Position numbers and translations under genes: made by a program. Source: Escherichia phage RB69. From it: 64,000 nt of DNA. Shown here piece by piece: positions 33,409 to 43,699 of the stretch. The DNA lies in the sequence record NC_004928.1; one strand, given 5' to 3'. Numbering within the stretch: the first letter of the stretch is position 1; every line of letters starts with the position of its first letter. The notes beneath the pieces are model-generated. The model did not search any database. It was given only the letters and a program-made list of their open reading frames with translations, and was not told the DNA's origin.

Positions 33409-34224
33409 TTAACAATTTATAGACCAAGTCCATTTAGACGAATCTAAAGGAAAGTTTTGAATCGTCCACCACGGCTGCATATCGGTTGGTCCTGGAGTTC
33501 GCCAGGTGTACGGATTTGACGGAGCGCCAATTTGATTAGGCCATGCGCCTGGACTTGTTGCACCAGATTCTTTAAGCAAATCCGCCAATCGTTTTAAAAG
33601 GTCTTCACGATCTGAATCTGAATTATGCTCGGGCGGAACCAAACGAGATTCAATATCATCCCACGTGTGTACACGTTGTGCAGTGCGAGGAATATCATCA
33701 CGTTCACCACGAGCCAACCAATAAATCGGTACATTAAGAATTTCTGCCGCATGGTCACAGTGATGAGCTAAATCGTCAACGTAACAAATCACGTTATATT
33801 TTGTTTTAGCTAGTTCGAATAATTGTTCCTTTGAAGAATCATGACCACACATCATTACTTCAGAGAAAGCGCCTGGGAACAAAGCATTCAAATTAAATTG
33901 TCTATTCAATCGAGCATCAATTGAATCACCTAGCGCCGTCACGGCTACAAAATTATAGTCTTCTTTTAGTTTATTGATAACTCGAAGAGCATCCGAATAA
34001 GGCGCTAAGTAACGAATAAAATCAGAGCGATTATATTTTTCTATTAATTGTTTACCAAGGTTATCGTCGGTATTGAACAGTTTACCAGGAGAAATAAATT
34101 TTTCGTCCTGAATCATTTTTAAAATATGTTCTAATGGAAGATTATATTTTTGGGCAAAATAAGGAAGACCAGATTGCCAGCTTAAACATACACCATCAAT
34201 ATCAGTCAAAATAGTAGGCTTCAT
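33409..34224 (-). CDS. HAD-superfamily hydrolase-like protein (30.2-like)
   Basis: 271 aa; N-terminal HAD motif I (ILTDIDGV). Confidence 0.6.
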   Translation of the reverse strand: MKPTILTDIDGVCLSWQSGLPYFAQKYNLPLEHILKMIQDEKFISPGKLFNTDDNLGKQLIEKYNRSDFIRYLAPYSDALRVINKLKEDYNFVAVTALGDSIDARLNRQFNLNALFPGAFSEVMMCGHDSSKEQLFELAKTKYNVICYVDDLAHHCDHAAEILNVPIYWLARGERDDIPRTAQRVHTWDDIESRLVPPEHNSDSDREDLLKRLADLLKESGATSPGAWPNQIGAPSNPYTWRTPGPTDMQPWWTIQNFPLDSSKWTWSINC

Positions 34225-34266
34225 AAAGAGTCTCTTAATAGGTTTAACACATCAATAAATTCAGCT

Positions 34267-34680
34267 TCAAGTTAGTATTGTATCATCTTTTGTTAGACCA
34301 CTAGCCATGCTGTGCTTCAAAATTTTTCCTTTAGAGGCTTGTAAGGCATCACGAAACCCCTTGTTTTGGATCGCGGCTTCAAAATATGCATTTGTGTATA
34401 ATTCTTTCCACGCTTCGGAGTATCTTGAAAATGGAACTCCTAACCAGAAGAGAGTCCCACGGTCCTGAGCTCTTGCATAAGACCTTCCTGCTTGCTGTGC
34501 AGCCAATCCAGACAACCCAAATATACTATGTTGTTGTTCAACATTTTTCACCTTACATCCTTGGAGAAATCCTTCAAGACCTCCGAATTGAATACCATCC
34601 ATAACAAAAGGCCATTGAGCAAAGTTACTTAATGCACATGACGGCCACTTGAAATTACTTCTAATCTCTAACTCAGGCAT
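34267..34680 (-). CDS. NADAR/YbiA-family (DUF1768) protein (30.3-like)
   Basis: SNFAQWP...DGIQF...E.F.Q pattern matches recalled E. coli YbiA (SNFAAWPIKVDGKTWPTSEHYFQ); start taken at MPELEIR. Confidence 0.65.
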   Translation of the reverse strand: MPELEIRSNFKWPSCALSNFAQWPFVMDGIQFGGLEGFLQGCKVKNVEQQHSIFGLSGLAAQQAGRSYARAQDRGTLFWLGVPFSRYSEAWKELYTNAYFEAAIQNKGFRDALQASKGKILKHSMASGLTKDDTILT

Positions 34681-34888
34681 CTTTAACACTTATAATTTCA
34701 ACATCAGCCCAATGACCATAACCAGGTATACGGTCTTCGATAGATAAATTTCCGTCATTTTTAGGCATTTTAATTGACGTAACGTATGGTTCTAAACGAT
34801 TTTCTGCGTGTGGAGAAACATCTGTCACACGATAAGTAACTTCAATCGTTTCCATACCAAACAATTTCTGGATTAATTTTTTAAGCAT
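34673..34888 (-). CDS. Hypothetical protein (71 aa)
   Basis: ORF in compact operon arrangement. Confidence 0.5.
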   Translation of the reverse strand: MLKKLIQKLFGMETIEVTYRVTDVSPHAENRLEPYVTSIKMPKNDGNLSIEDRIPGYGHWADVEIISVKDA

Positions 34889-34892
34889 TTTA

Positions 34893-35180
34893 TTAGAACC
34901 TCATCTGAAAGCCATGTGATTTAACATTACCGCCGCCAATATCAGAAATGTTAATTTCACTTGCAATCGAAGGATCGATGTCAATTTCACGATTAAGTTT
35001 AGTGATAGCCAAAGTATCATGCCCATTTACTGTACGAAACTCCAAAGGACATACTACGTTGACATAGTGTTTAATTGACTCGCTAGTAGGTTGCAAATGG
35101 ACCGGAAGGTTTTTAGGTGCTTTAGAGAAAACAACTTCACAAAAGTTTTTGCGGGTATCAAAATAAGTGGTCATAAACAT
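34893..35180 (-). CDS. Hypothetical protein (95 aa; start MFMTTYF)
   Basis: ORF 34893..35237; SD GAGGAAA precedes the ATG at 35180; upstream ORF sequence is a UUCG-type hairpin (35198-35213). Confidence 0.5.
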   Translation of the reverse strand: MFMTTYFDTRKNFCEVVFSKAPKNLPVHLQPTSESIKHYVNVVCPLEFRTVNGHDTLAITKLNREIDIDPSIASEINISDIGGGNVKSHGFQMRF

Positions 35181-35220
35181 AATATTTTCCTCAATTGGGA
35201 AGCCGAAGCTCCCAGTTAAA

Positions 35221-35586
35221 TTAGATATCGAATTCATTAAGAACTACATCAAAGATTGCTTCGAGATGTTCAGGTTTAGCTCGGTTACTCAGGATATGAC
35301 GAATCCAAGTTTTAACCAAAAGTTTACGATTAACACCGTTCCAGCAAGGATGAGTACCTAAATCACGCTGACGGAAATCATCATCTAATGCAATTTTGAA
35401 GTTGGAACCTTCCATCGTGATTGAAACCGTGATGCCATTTTCAAATCGCATATAAACGTAATTAGGAGTCATGCACTGTTCGATTTCACAAACTGTACCG
35501 TTTTTGTGTTTCCATAAGCAAATAACTTCAGAAGAACCAGCGATACCGTTAGAAACATATTTACGTTCGAAGTTGATGTAGTTCAT
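35221..35586 (-). CDS. Hypothetical protein (121 aa)
   Basis: ORF with GGAG SD; preceded by a PeSL-like promoter cassette. Confidence 0.55.
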   Translation of the reverse strand: MNYINFERKYVSNGIAGSSEVICLWKHKNGTVCEIEQCMTPNYVYMRFENGITVSITMEGSNFKIALDDDFRQRDLGTHPCWNGVNRKLLVKTWIRHILSNRAKPEHLEAIFDVVLNEFDI

Positions 35587-35614
35587 TTTATTCTCCAGAT
35601 GTTTAAGTTGTTTG

Positions 35615-35656
35615 TTGGTACAGGTCTATAATAACATATCCTGTACCAAAGTAAAC
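35615..35656 (-). promoter_or_regulatory. Early promoter (GTTTAC, 17 nt, TATTAT) with the -10 inside a perfect 10-bp inverted repeat (TTGGTACAGG/CCTGTACCAA); PeSL-like
   Basis: Read on reverse complement. Confidence 0.6.
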
Positions 35657-35661
35657 ATTTT

Positions 35662-36033
35662 TTATTTGATTTTTGTCCACTTAGCTGAATCAATAACACC
35701 TTTTGCTTTAATCTTCTCGATTAATGACTCTGCGCGATTTCTGGCATTTTCGTACCATACAACGTCTTCAGAGTAACCAGTTTCTTCATCTTCGTAAGTT
35801 TTAGAACGAATACAGCCATAAACTGTAGAATTCAGACGGTAAATTTCACCAGTGAAAAAGTTTTCGATTTCGATATGATAACAAAAATCGTCTGAAGGGC
35901 CATCAGGAGTTGTACAATAAACCACATCACCTTGAACTGAACGAACCATCCACTGTAACTCGTTAACAACTTGAGATTTATATCCATCATGGTCACGGCA
36001 TTTAATTGTAGCATTTAAATTGATAGTGTTCAT
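35662..36033 (-). CDS. Hypothetical protein (123 aa)
   Basis: ORF; same translation-initiation context as the neighbouring 121 aa gene. Confidence 0.55.
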   Translation of the reverse strand: MNTINLNATIKCRDHDGYKSQVVNELQWMVRSVQGDVVYCTTPDGPSDDFCYHIEIENFFTGEIYRLNSTVYGCIRSKTYEDEETGYSEDVVWYENARNRAESLIEKIKAKGVIDSAKWTKIK

Positions 36034-36074
36034 TTTATTCTCCGGTTGTTTTATTGATTAGGTGGTACAAGTCT

Positions 36075-36103
36075 ATAGAAACACATCCTACAGGAGAGTA
36101 AAC
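36075..36103 (-). promoter_or_regulatory. Putative early promoter (GTTTAC, 17 nt, TTCTAT), a diverged copy of the 35615-35656 cassette
   Basis: About 75 percent nucleotide similarity to 35581-35661 by eye. Confidence 0.4.
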
Positions 36104-36134
36104 ATCTTTTTAAACTTTTTCTGCCCTAAACGCA

Positions 36135-36157
36135 CAAAAGGGAGACCGAAGTCTCCC
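36135..36157 (-). terminator. Rho-independent terminator (GGGAGAC-UUCG-GUCUCCC plus U-run) after the small basic-protein gene
   Basis: Same 18-nt hairpin as at 13234 and 50032. Confidence 0.75.
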
Positions 36158-36162
36158 TAAAA

Positions 36163-36342
36163 TTATGCAACAACCTTTCCAAAACGAGAAGCATCATCTC
36201 GAAGAACTGCACGTGCTCTGCGCATGATCTTCTCAACGGTTTGATTAATACGAGAGTTCGACCCACGCTTGTATCCAGCGCGTTTAGAGGTACCATCAAC
36301 TTTCTTTTCAACTGCTTTCTTTGCTTTAGCTTGTTTTGCCAT
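36163..36342 (-). CDS. Small lysine/arginine-rich protein (59 aa), missed by the ORF track
   Basis: MAKQAKAKKAVEKKVDGTSKRAGYKRGSNSRINQTVEKIMRRARAVLRDDASRFGKVVA; T4-typical codons; terminator immediately downstream. Confidence 0.55.
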   Translation of the reverse strand: MAKQAKAKKAVEKKVDGTSKRAGYKRGSNSRINQTVEKIMRRARAVLRDDASRFGKVVA

Positions 36343-36605
36343 TATAAATTCTCTTTAAATGAAAATGCAGGACTTATTGGCGTTGCCTGCGCAAGCCCTC
36401 AACGGGAACATAGGTTTTGGATATTTAACGACAGGATAACCATAAACCTCGTCATCATACCAACCACGACTTAGACAGATAACCTTTTTCTGACGCGTGA
36501 TAGTACAAAATACATTCAAGAGGTACACCGTAAAACTGCCGGGGTCTTAAAACTATAATGATTCGCAAATCATTAATCAGACAGTTCGACGGCTCCTCGA
36601 TTTAC
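36343..36605 (-). pseudogene. Probable decayed small gene (30.9-like position) between rIII and the basic-protein gene
   Basis: No intact ORF, but protein-like segments in two frames (…RIIIVLRPRQFYGVPLECILYYHASEKGYLSKS… then …GWYDDEVYGYPVVKYPKPMFPLRACAGNANKSCIFI-stop). Confidence 0.3.
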
Positions 36606-36854
36606 TTACTTCAGGGTAATAACAAAATGACGTACTGCTTTACGAGCCGCAGAAGCCAGAGGCTTAGCAAATTTCAGTTCATCTTTAGCTTCCAGTTCAG
36701 CAGCCAGAGTAGCCTGAGCAGGATTCAGATGTTTGAAATAACGCAGGATTTCCAGTGCTTCGGCTTCAACATCAATAGATGCGCCGTAATTGTCATGGCC
36801 GTTATTCCATGCATGGCGTTGCAGTTCAAGAGCGTGTTGTAATTGTTTAATCAT
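36606..36854 (-). CDS. rIII: rIII lysis-inhibition accessory protein
   Basis: 82 aa, same length and position as T4 rIII. Confidence 0.85.
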   Translation of the reverse strand: MIKQLQHALELQRHAWNNGHDNYGASIDVEAEALEILRYFKHLNPAQATLAAELEAKDELKFAKPLASAARKAVRHFVITLK

Positions 36855-36978
36855 TTTAAATTCTCAATTCGAGATAATATTTAGTAGCCACGTTCTTCTG
36901 AATTTCACCTTCTTTCGACAAGTCTCTCAGTTGTAGGCTACCGCTTAGAAGAGTGTTCTCTTCATATAGTTATTTATA

Positions 36979-37311
36979 TCACTTATAAAGACACGGAATA
37001 GCTTTATAGTGGCATGTTACGAATTTCTGTTTAATTTCTTTAGGTTGTTTAAGTCCCAAAGCCACAAATGGATGTGGAACATTTCGAATTTGTCCAACCG
37101 GTAGTGGAGTCAAATCACCGACTTCAACAAAACCTTCAGGAACATCAGGACCTACAGAATGAACTACACATAGTTCAGGAACTTCACCTTGAACACGTTT
37201 ACCAATCACAAGTCCTGATTCAGTAACTTCTTCATCACCTGCTTGAGCGGGTTCAGAAACCAGAATGACATATTCACCAACAGCACGAATTGGGAGTTGT
37301 ACTTCAGACAT
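36979..37311 (-). CDS. 31: Co-chaperonin gp31 (GroES analogue)
   Basis: 110 aa; mobile-loop-like region; synteny. Confidence 0.88.
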   Translation of the reverse strand: MSEVQLPIRAVGEYVILVSEPAQAGDEEVTESGLVIGKRVQGEVPELCVVHSVGPDVPEGFVEVGDLTPLPVGQIRNVPHPFVALGLKQPKEIKQKFVTCHYKAIPCLYK

Positions 37312-37368
37312 CTTATTTCCTTGTTGTTTGACGATAGATTAATAATACCATACTATTCGTAAAGCATA

Positions 37369-37665
37369 TTACATAAGAAGCAAACGTTCGACCGGAGTAC
37401 CATCAACCGAAATTACTTTATCAAGGCGGAAAGAACGCCACTGACCTAACTTGGTATCGAATGCTCGAACTGATTCACGAGGTTCAGAACGAACTTCTGT
37501 TGCCGGATTGTTATTTTCATATTTGACTTCAAGTTCATCGCGCGAGGCAAACATCGTACGAATATCACCGTTAGCCTTTTCAAATACAACACAATGAACG
37601 CCTACAGACAGAATAGTTTTAATACGTTCACGAAGAACCATAGTTTCTTGTTCAGTTAAAATCAT
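37369..37665 (-). CDS. Hypothetical protein (98 aa) downstream of cd
   Basis: ORF 37369..37677; ATG at 37665 (MILTEQET...) sits directly after the inferred ancestral cd stop. Confidence 0.55.
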   Translation of the reverse strand: MILTEQETMVLRERIKTILSVGVHCVVFEKANGDIRTMFASRDELEVKYENNNPATEVRSEPRESVRAFDTKLGQWRSFRLDKVISVDGTPVERLLLM

Positions 37666-37741
37666 ATTATTCACCACAAAAGTTTCGGATTTGTTCCCAA
37701 TTCAGAGAACGAAGATTATTACCGAGAAGTACTGAATTACT

Positions 37742-38251
37742 TCAATACCAGCTTGGTTTTAGAATGTCTGCCCAATTTTCAGGAGATCGGTTGTATAATT
37801 CTGCGTATACAACCTTTTTAATACCTGACTGCGTAATAGCTTTAGTGCAATCAGGACACGGAGAAAGCGTAGTATATAACGTAGCGCCTTCAATAGAATT
37901 ACCTTTACGAGCTGCAAACAAAATTGCATTCAATTCCGCATGGATTTCGTTATTAGCAGACCATGCACTATGAGCGGCCCGATGTTCTTTAGCCAAAACA
38001 AAATTATCTGCCCGTCCAAATGCTGTAGTGCCTTCTTTATGTCCAGCAACGATGGCCGGGCTTGATTTATTCTTCAACCAACCATTTTCGGATGCATGTT
38101 CGCAACAGTTAACGCCACCTGCGGGTGAACCATTATATCCAGTAGAGATAATGCGTCCATCTTTTTCAATGACCGCACCAACTTTCCATGAACAACATTT
38201 TGATTCTTGAGAAATCAAATAAGCAATTTGAAGATATGTGCTAGCTTTCAT
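37742..38251 (-). CDS. cd: dCMP deaminase, apparently truncated at the C-terminus by 3' frameshifts
   Basis: Zinc-binding motifs HAELNAI and PCPDC; N-terminus matches recalled T4 Cd; ORF is 169 aa versus about 193; remaining C-terminus readable in shifted frames to 37667. Confidence 0.85.
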   Translation of the reverse strand: MKASTYLQIAYLISQESKCCSWKVGAVIEKDGRIISTGYNGSPAGGVNCCEHASENGWLKNKSSPAIVAGHKEGTTAFGRADNFVLAKEHRAAHSAWSANNEIHAELNAILFAARKGNSIEGATLYTTLSPCPDCTKAITQSGIKKVVYAELYNRSPENWADILKPSWY

Positions 38252-38502
38252 TATAGTGTTCCGTATACGCGAGTTGCTTCAACTAAACCGTCACTGCCTA
38301 ATTTAAGGCTAGTAATCTGGTCACCATCTTTAGGATTAACGATTATGAGAAAAGAACGTGGAGATTCTTGAATAACTCGTAATGTTGCATCTTGGAAACG
38401 TTCAGACACCTTATTGATGAGTGCTTGAGCAAATTCTTGTACTTTAATCTGAAATTCGTGTACTGTAATTGGGGTTTCACTTAGCCTTTCGATTTCCCTC
38501 AT
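38251..38502 (-). CDS. Hypothetical protein (83 aa; cd.x)
   Basis: ORF. Confidence 0.5.
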   Translation of the reverse strand: MREIERLSETPITVHEFQIKVQEFAQALINKVSERFQDATLRVIQESPRSFLIIVNPKDGDQITSLKLGSDGLVEATRVYGTL

Positions 38503-38516
38503 TGTGTTGGTAGAGT

Positions 38517-38547
38517 TATAGTATCACAACTCCACCATGTTGTAAAC
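38517..38547 (-). promoter_or_regulatory. Putative early promoter (GTTTAC, about 19 nt, TACTAT) with a short inverted repeat flanking the -10
   Basis: Read on reverse complement. Confidence 0.35.
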
Positions 38548-38549
38548 CA

Positions 38550-38825
38550 TTAAATTGCTTTGCATTCAATTTTTTGTGTACCGAAATTGATATCACATTG
38601 GATAACTAAATCACCGTCAAGATCAAATACCACTATGACGTGTGCAGACCCAGGGAGAAGAGTAATAGCAATAGAATCTACTTGGTCTGGGAGCAAAGCA
38701 TTGAGTACATGAGTTAGTTGAGCATGAACTCTGAGTTCGGCTGCATTATCAAGCACTTCAAACATATTATTAGCAATAATCTGACTGAAGACTACCTTTA
38801 CAATTTCAGAATAAGTTGGGAACAT
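38550..38825 (-). CDS. Hypothetical protein (91 aa; cd.x)
   Basis: ORF. Confidence 0.5.
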   Translation of the reverse strand: MFPTYSEIVKVVFSQIIANNMFEVLDNAAELRVHAQLTHVLNALLPDQVDSIAITLLPGSAHVIVVFDLDGDLVIQCDINFGTQKIECKAI

Positions 38826-38832
38826 AATTACC

Positions 38833-39057
38833 TCAGTGTACAGTATTTACTTTAACTCGAACAACAAATCGCTCGGTCGGTTCACCTACAGGAACAAACT
38901 CTACATGATATTCGCCTTTGTAACGAGTATTCAGATCATTACGAATTCCTGCGAGTTTGTTGATTAATGTAGGACTCATATTAAGTCCCACTAGTTTACG
39001 AAGCATTTTGTATGCTTCATCTTCGATTTCATGATGTTTATCGTACATAGTTTTCAT
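38833..39057 (-). CDS. Hypothetical protein (74 aa; cd.x)
   Basis: ORF. Confidence 0.5.
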   Translation of the reverse strand: MKTMYDKHHEIEDEAYKMLRKLVGLNMSPTLINKLAGIRNDLNTRYKGEYHVEFVPVGEPTERFVVRVKVNTVH

Positions 39058-39228
39058 TTAACCATTCAATTGCCTGGTCGACGTTATCAAATATACCGCC
39101 GTCCAAACGTTCTTCATGCTCATAGTCCAGCACATCAATACCGAACTGTCCATTTACTAAAGGCCAGGCTACAAACAAATATTCTTTATGCTGTTCGATG
39201 GCCTCAATCACTTCATATAATCGTTTCA

Positions 39229-39229
<1 letters not shown>
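39038..39229 (-). CDS. Hypothetical protein (63 aa; cd.x)
   Basis: ORF. Confidence 0.5.
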
Positions 39230-40315
<1,086 letters not shown>

Positions 40316-40316
<1 letters not shown>

Positions 40317-40615
40317 TATTTTATTCCTAAGAAAGTTTCAAGAATACGAATGTTATGCTCGCGTCGGTCTTTATTAATTTCAGCAACGTTTTTATTAATT
40401 GACGTACTTCTAACGTTTGAAGAAATAAATTTAATCATATGACTTTTGAGTTGTTGCAAATCCAAACCTTTTTCTTTAGCAGCTTTACGAAGAGCTTTAC
40501 CTGCTTCATCTAGGGCCTTTGCTGCATCTTTATCATAATTGACAAGTGACATTCCACGGCAGATATCAATATACTCATCCGACCATTTGATGTAATTTTC
40601 TAGTAATATTTTCAT
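40316..40615 (-). CDS. Hypothetical protein (99 aa)
   Basis: ORF preceded by a strong early promoter. Confidence 0.5.
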
Positions 40616-40643
40616 TTAGATTTCCTCAATTATCCATAGGAGC

Positions 40644-40673
40644 ATTATACTCTGCTCCCGAGAGTTTGTAAAC
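40644..40673 (-). promoter_or_regulatory. Early promoter (GTTTAC, 17 nt, GTATAAT) with a 6-bp inverted repeat (GGAGCA/TGCTCC) flanking the -10
   Basis: Read on reverse complement. Confidence 0.6.
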
Positions 40674-40897
40674 TATTTTACTAAAGATTCGATATACTCA
40701 TGAAGAGCTTTAGTCGCTACTGCCCACTTGTTCTGATATTCATTTTTCAGATTAGCACGAGACTGAACTAACAAGCGGTCATTAGTCGGAGGCAAAGATT
40801 CTAATCGTTGAATCTGACGGCCATAAATCATAGCCGCCATTTCAGATTCATAGATAAGCCCTTTAATGTATTCATGCTGTTCTTTAGTCATTGGCAT
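40673..40897 (-). CDS. Hypothetical protein (74 aa)
   Basis: ORF. Confidence 0.5.
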   Translation of the reverse strand: MPMTKEQHEYIKGLIYESEMAAMIYGRQIQRLESLPPTNDRLLVQSRANLKNEYQNKWAVATKALHEYIESLVK

Positions 40898-41178
40898 TTT
40901 TCCTCTTTTAAACCACTACGATAATAACATAACATAGTCTTCTGGTCATGTACATATCTTTTTACGTCGTTTAACCAGATACGAAATTCTTGAGAGTCTT
41001 CAAATGGCATTCCAACCCATGGATTACCATCAATAACCTTTACTTGCCATTTCTGGTTATATTCAACAATAGATTCAGGCCATTGCGGATGTAAAGTTTC
41101 TTTAGGGCTTAAGGGCACATCCTGGGCACATCCAGCCAAAATGCCAATAGATAATACAACTGCGGTTAATTTAATCAT
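40888..41178 (-). CDS. Outer-membrane spanin (o-spanin lipoprotein)
   Basis: Signal peptide with lipobox LAGC (ILAGCAQ); 4-nt overlap with the upstream i-spanin-like gene. Confidence 0.65.
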   Translation of the reverse strand: MIKLTAVVLSIGILAGCAQDVPLSPKETLHPQWPESIVEYNQKWQVKVIDGNPWVGMPFEDSQEFRIWLNDVKRYVHDQKTMLCYYRSGLKEEKCQ

Positions 41179-41531
41179 TCTGAGAGCTTCCTGAGGTCTT
41201 CTGCAAAGGAATCGAAGGACCTGTTGATTTGTTTTTCGACCAATCCTGGTTTACTTGCCACCACGTTCTTCTTCTTCGAATCCTTACGGAGCTTTTCATT
41301 TTCGGCCTTAAGTTGGTCAACTAAAACACGGTTCTTATAAGTCATTTCTTCGATTGACTGATATTGAACCTTGAAGTCGTCTAATACTTTAGCATTGTTT
41401 TTAGCGGTCTCTTTGACAGAAGCTAATTCAGTATTCAACGAATCAACTTTGTTGTTTAAGACAACTATTGTTACCGTAGAAACTAGAGCAAAAGCTGCTA
41501 CTATAGCATAAATCGGATTTACTTTAAGCAT
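41175..41531 (-). CDS. Inner-membrane spanin (i-spanin)
   Basis: N-terminal TM segment (IYAIVAAFALVSTVTIVVL) then coiled-coil-like region; adjacent to the o-spanin. Confidence 0.65.
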   Translation of the reverse strand: MLKVNPIYAIVAAFALVSTVTIVVLNNKVDSLNTELASVKETAKNNAKVLDDFKVQYQSIEEMTYKNRVLVDQLKAENEKLRKDSKKKNVVASKPGLVEKQINRSFDSFAEDLRKLSE

Positions 41532-42019
41532 GTTTTAATAATCTCAATGATTTCATCTCGGGATAATCCATTGATAAGAACGGTTTTCAAACCATCACAC
41601 TGGATTTTGTACGATTCAAACAATACACACAACTCTTCTGCTGTATGATACGGGCTTGAAATTCCGAGGCGGTTGAATTTGTCGGTAAGAGGGTCGCAAA
41701 TGATGTAGAATTTTATACCTGCGATATGTACGTTTGGTTGACTAATATTAATGAACACATTAGCGTCGTATTTAGTCAAATTATTTTGAAGAAATTCTAC
41801 CATGGCATTAACTGCTTCCGGCATCGCTTCGCGTTTCTCTTCAGCGTATCGGGTGGAATACTCTTTTTGTTTTACTTTCTTTTTAAGATTTTTGGCCAGT
41901 GTAACACGGAGGTCAGTAAGATAACCAACTGGACGTCCTTTCTTAAAGACTCGGATTCCGTCAGTTGTGTCTCCAAAAGCGGTTACGACCATATCGTTAG
42001 TAATCAATTGCATATTCAT
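41519..42019 (-). CDS. alc: Alc-like protein (host transcription shutoff); identity by position only
   Basis: ORF 41519..42082; SD GAGGAG precedes the ATG at 42019 (MNMQLITNDM...), giving 166 aa; lies between the spanins and rnlA as in T4. Confidence 0.55.
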   Translation of the reverse strand: MNMQLITNDMVVTAFGDTTDGIRVFKKGRPVGYLTDLRVTLAKNLKKKVKQKEYSTRYAEEKREAMPEAVNAMVEFLQNNLTKYDANVFINISQPNVHIAGIKFYIICDPLTDKFNRLGISSPYHTAEELCVLFESYKIQCDGLKTVLINGLSRDEIIEIIKTCLK

Positions 42020-42049
42020 AATTTTCTCCTCGTGTTGTTGATAAAAGCC

Positions 42050-42079
42050 ATAGTAACACCTTCCTTGGTGTTTGTAAAC
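42050..42079 (-). promoter_or_regulatory. Putative early promoter (GTTTAC, 18 nt, TACTAT) upstream of alc
   Basis: Read on reverse complement. Confidence 0.4.
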
Positions 42080-42081
42080 CA

Positions 42082-43215
<1,134 letters not shown>

Positions 43216-43233
43216 TCAGTTAGTTTTTTTTAA

Positions 43234-43263
43234 ATTGTACCACAATCCTTGTGGTATGTAAAC
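43234..43263 (-). promoter_or_regulatory. Early promoter (GTTTAC, 18 nt, TACAAT) upstream of rnlA, with a CCACAA/TTGTGG inverted repeat in the spacer
   Basis: Read on reverse complement. Confidence 0.55.
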
Positions 43264-43673
43264 TACTTTTTCTTATGTTGGATATTCCAAGGCGGGTTGA
43301 ACTTTTTGATAAAAAGTGGTTCTTCAAGGTCCATTGTTGCGATGGTCATTGAACCAAGTTCGTTGGTGACTGAAAGGTCAAAACATTGGCGGGCCCAGAA
43401 TTCAACCTTTTTGCCTTGCATTAAGGCATCCAAAATCATAAGTGATTTTCTTGAATCTGAAGTCTGGTCTTTTCGATTTATGGCTGTTCGATAATAGTTA
43501 ATGCGTTTCTTTAAATTCTTGGTTTTACCAATATACACAAGTTCGTCATCTATAGCAATAGCATATATAACATTTTTCTTATTAGGGGCATCAATGGTTT
43601 TAATTGTTGCATCTTCTAATAGCTCCAATTCTATATATTTAATAAAGGAATATTCGGCGGCAATATCTTTCAT
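43263..43673 (-). CDS. denA: Endonuclease II (GIY-YIG)
   Basis: 136 aa, same length as T4 endo II; GIY-YIG-like VIYAI...YIGKT. Confidence 0.9.
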   Translation of the reverse strand: MKDIAAEYSFIKYIELELLEDATIKTIDAPNKKNVIYAIAIDDELVYIGKTKNLKKRINYYRTAINRKDQTSDSRKSLMILDALMQGKKVEFWARQCFDLSVTNELGSMTIATMDLEEPLFIKKFNPPWNIQHKKK

Positions 43674-43681
43674 AATAAAGT

Positions 43682-43695
43682 GGGACCGAAGTCCC
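43682..43695 (-). promoter_or_regulatory. Intercistronic UUCG hairpin (GGGAC-UUCG-GUCCC) between nrdB and denA
   Basis: Read directly. Confidence 0.5.
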
Positions 43696-43699
43696 GTCC

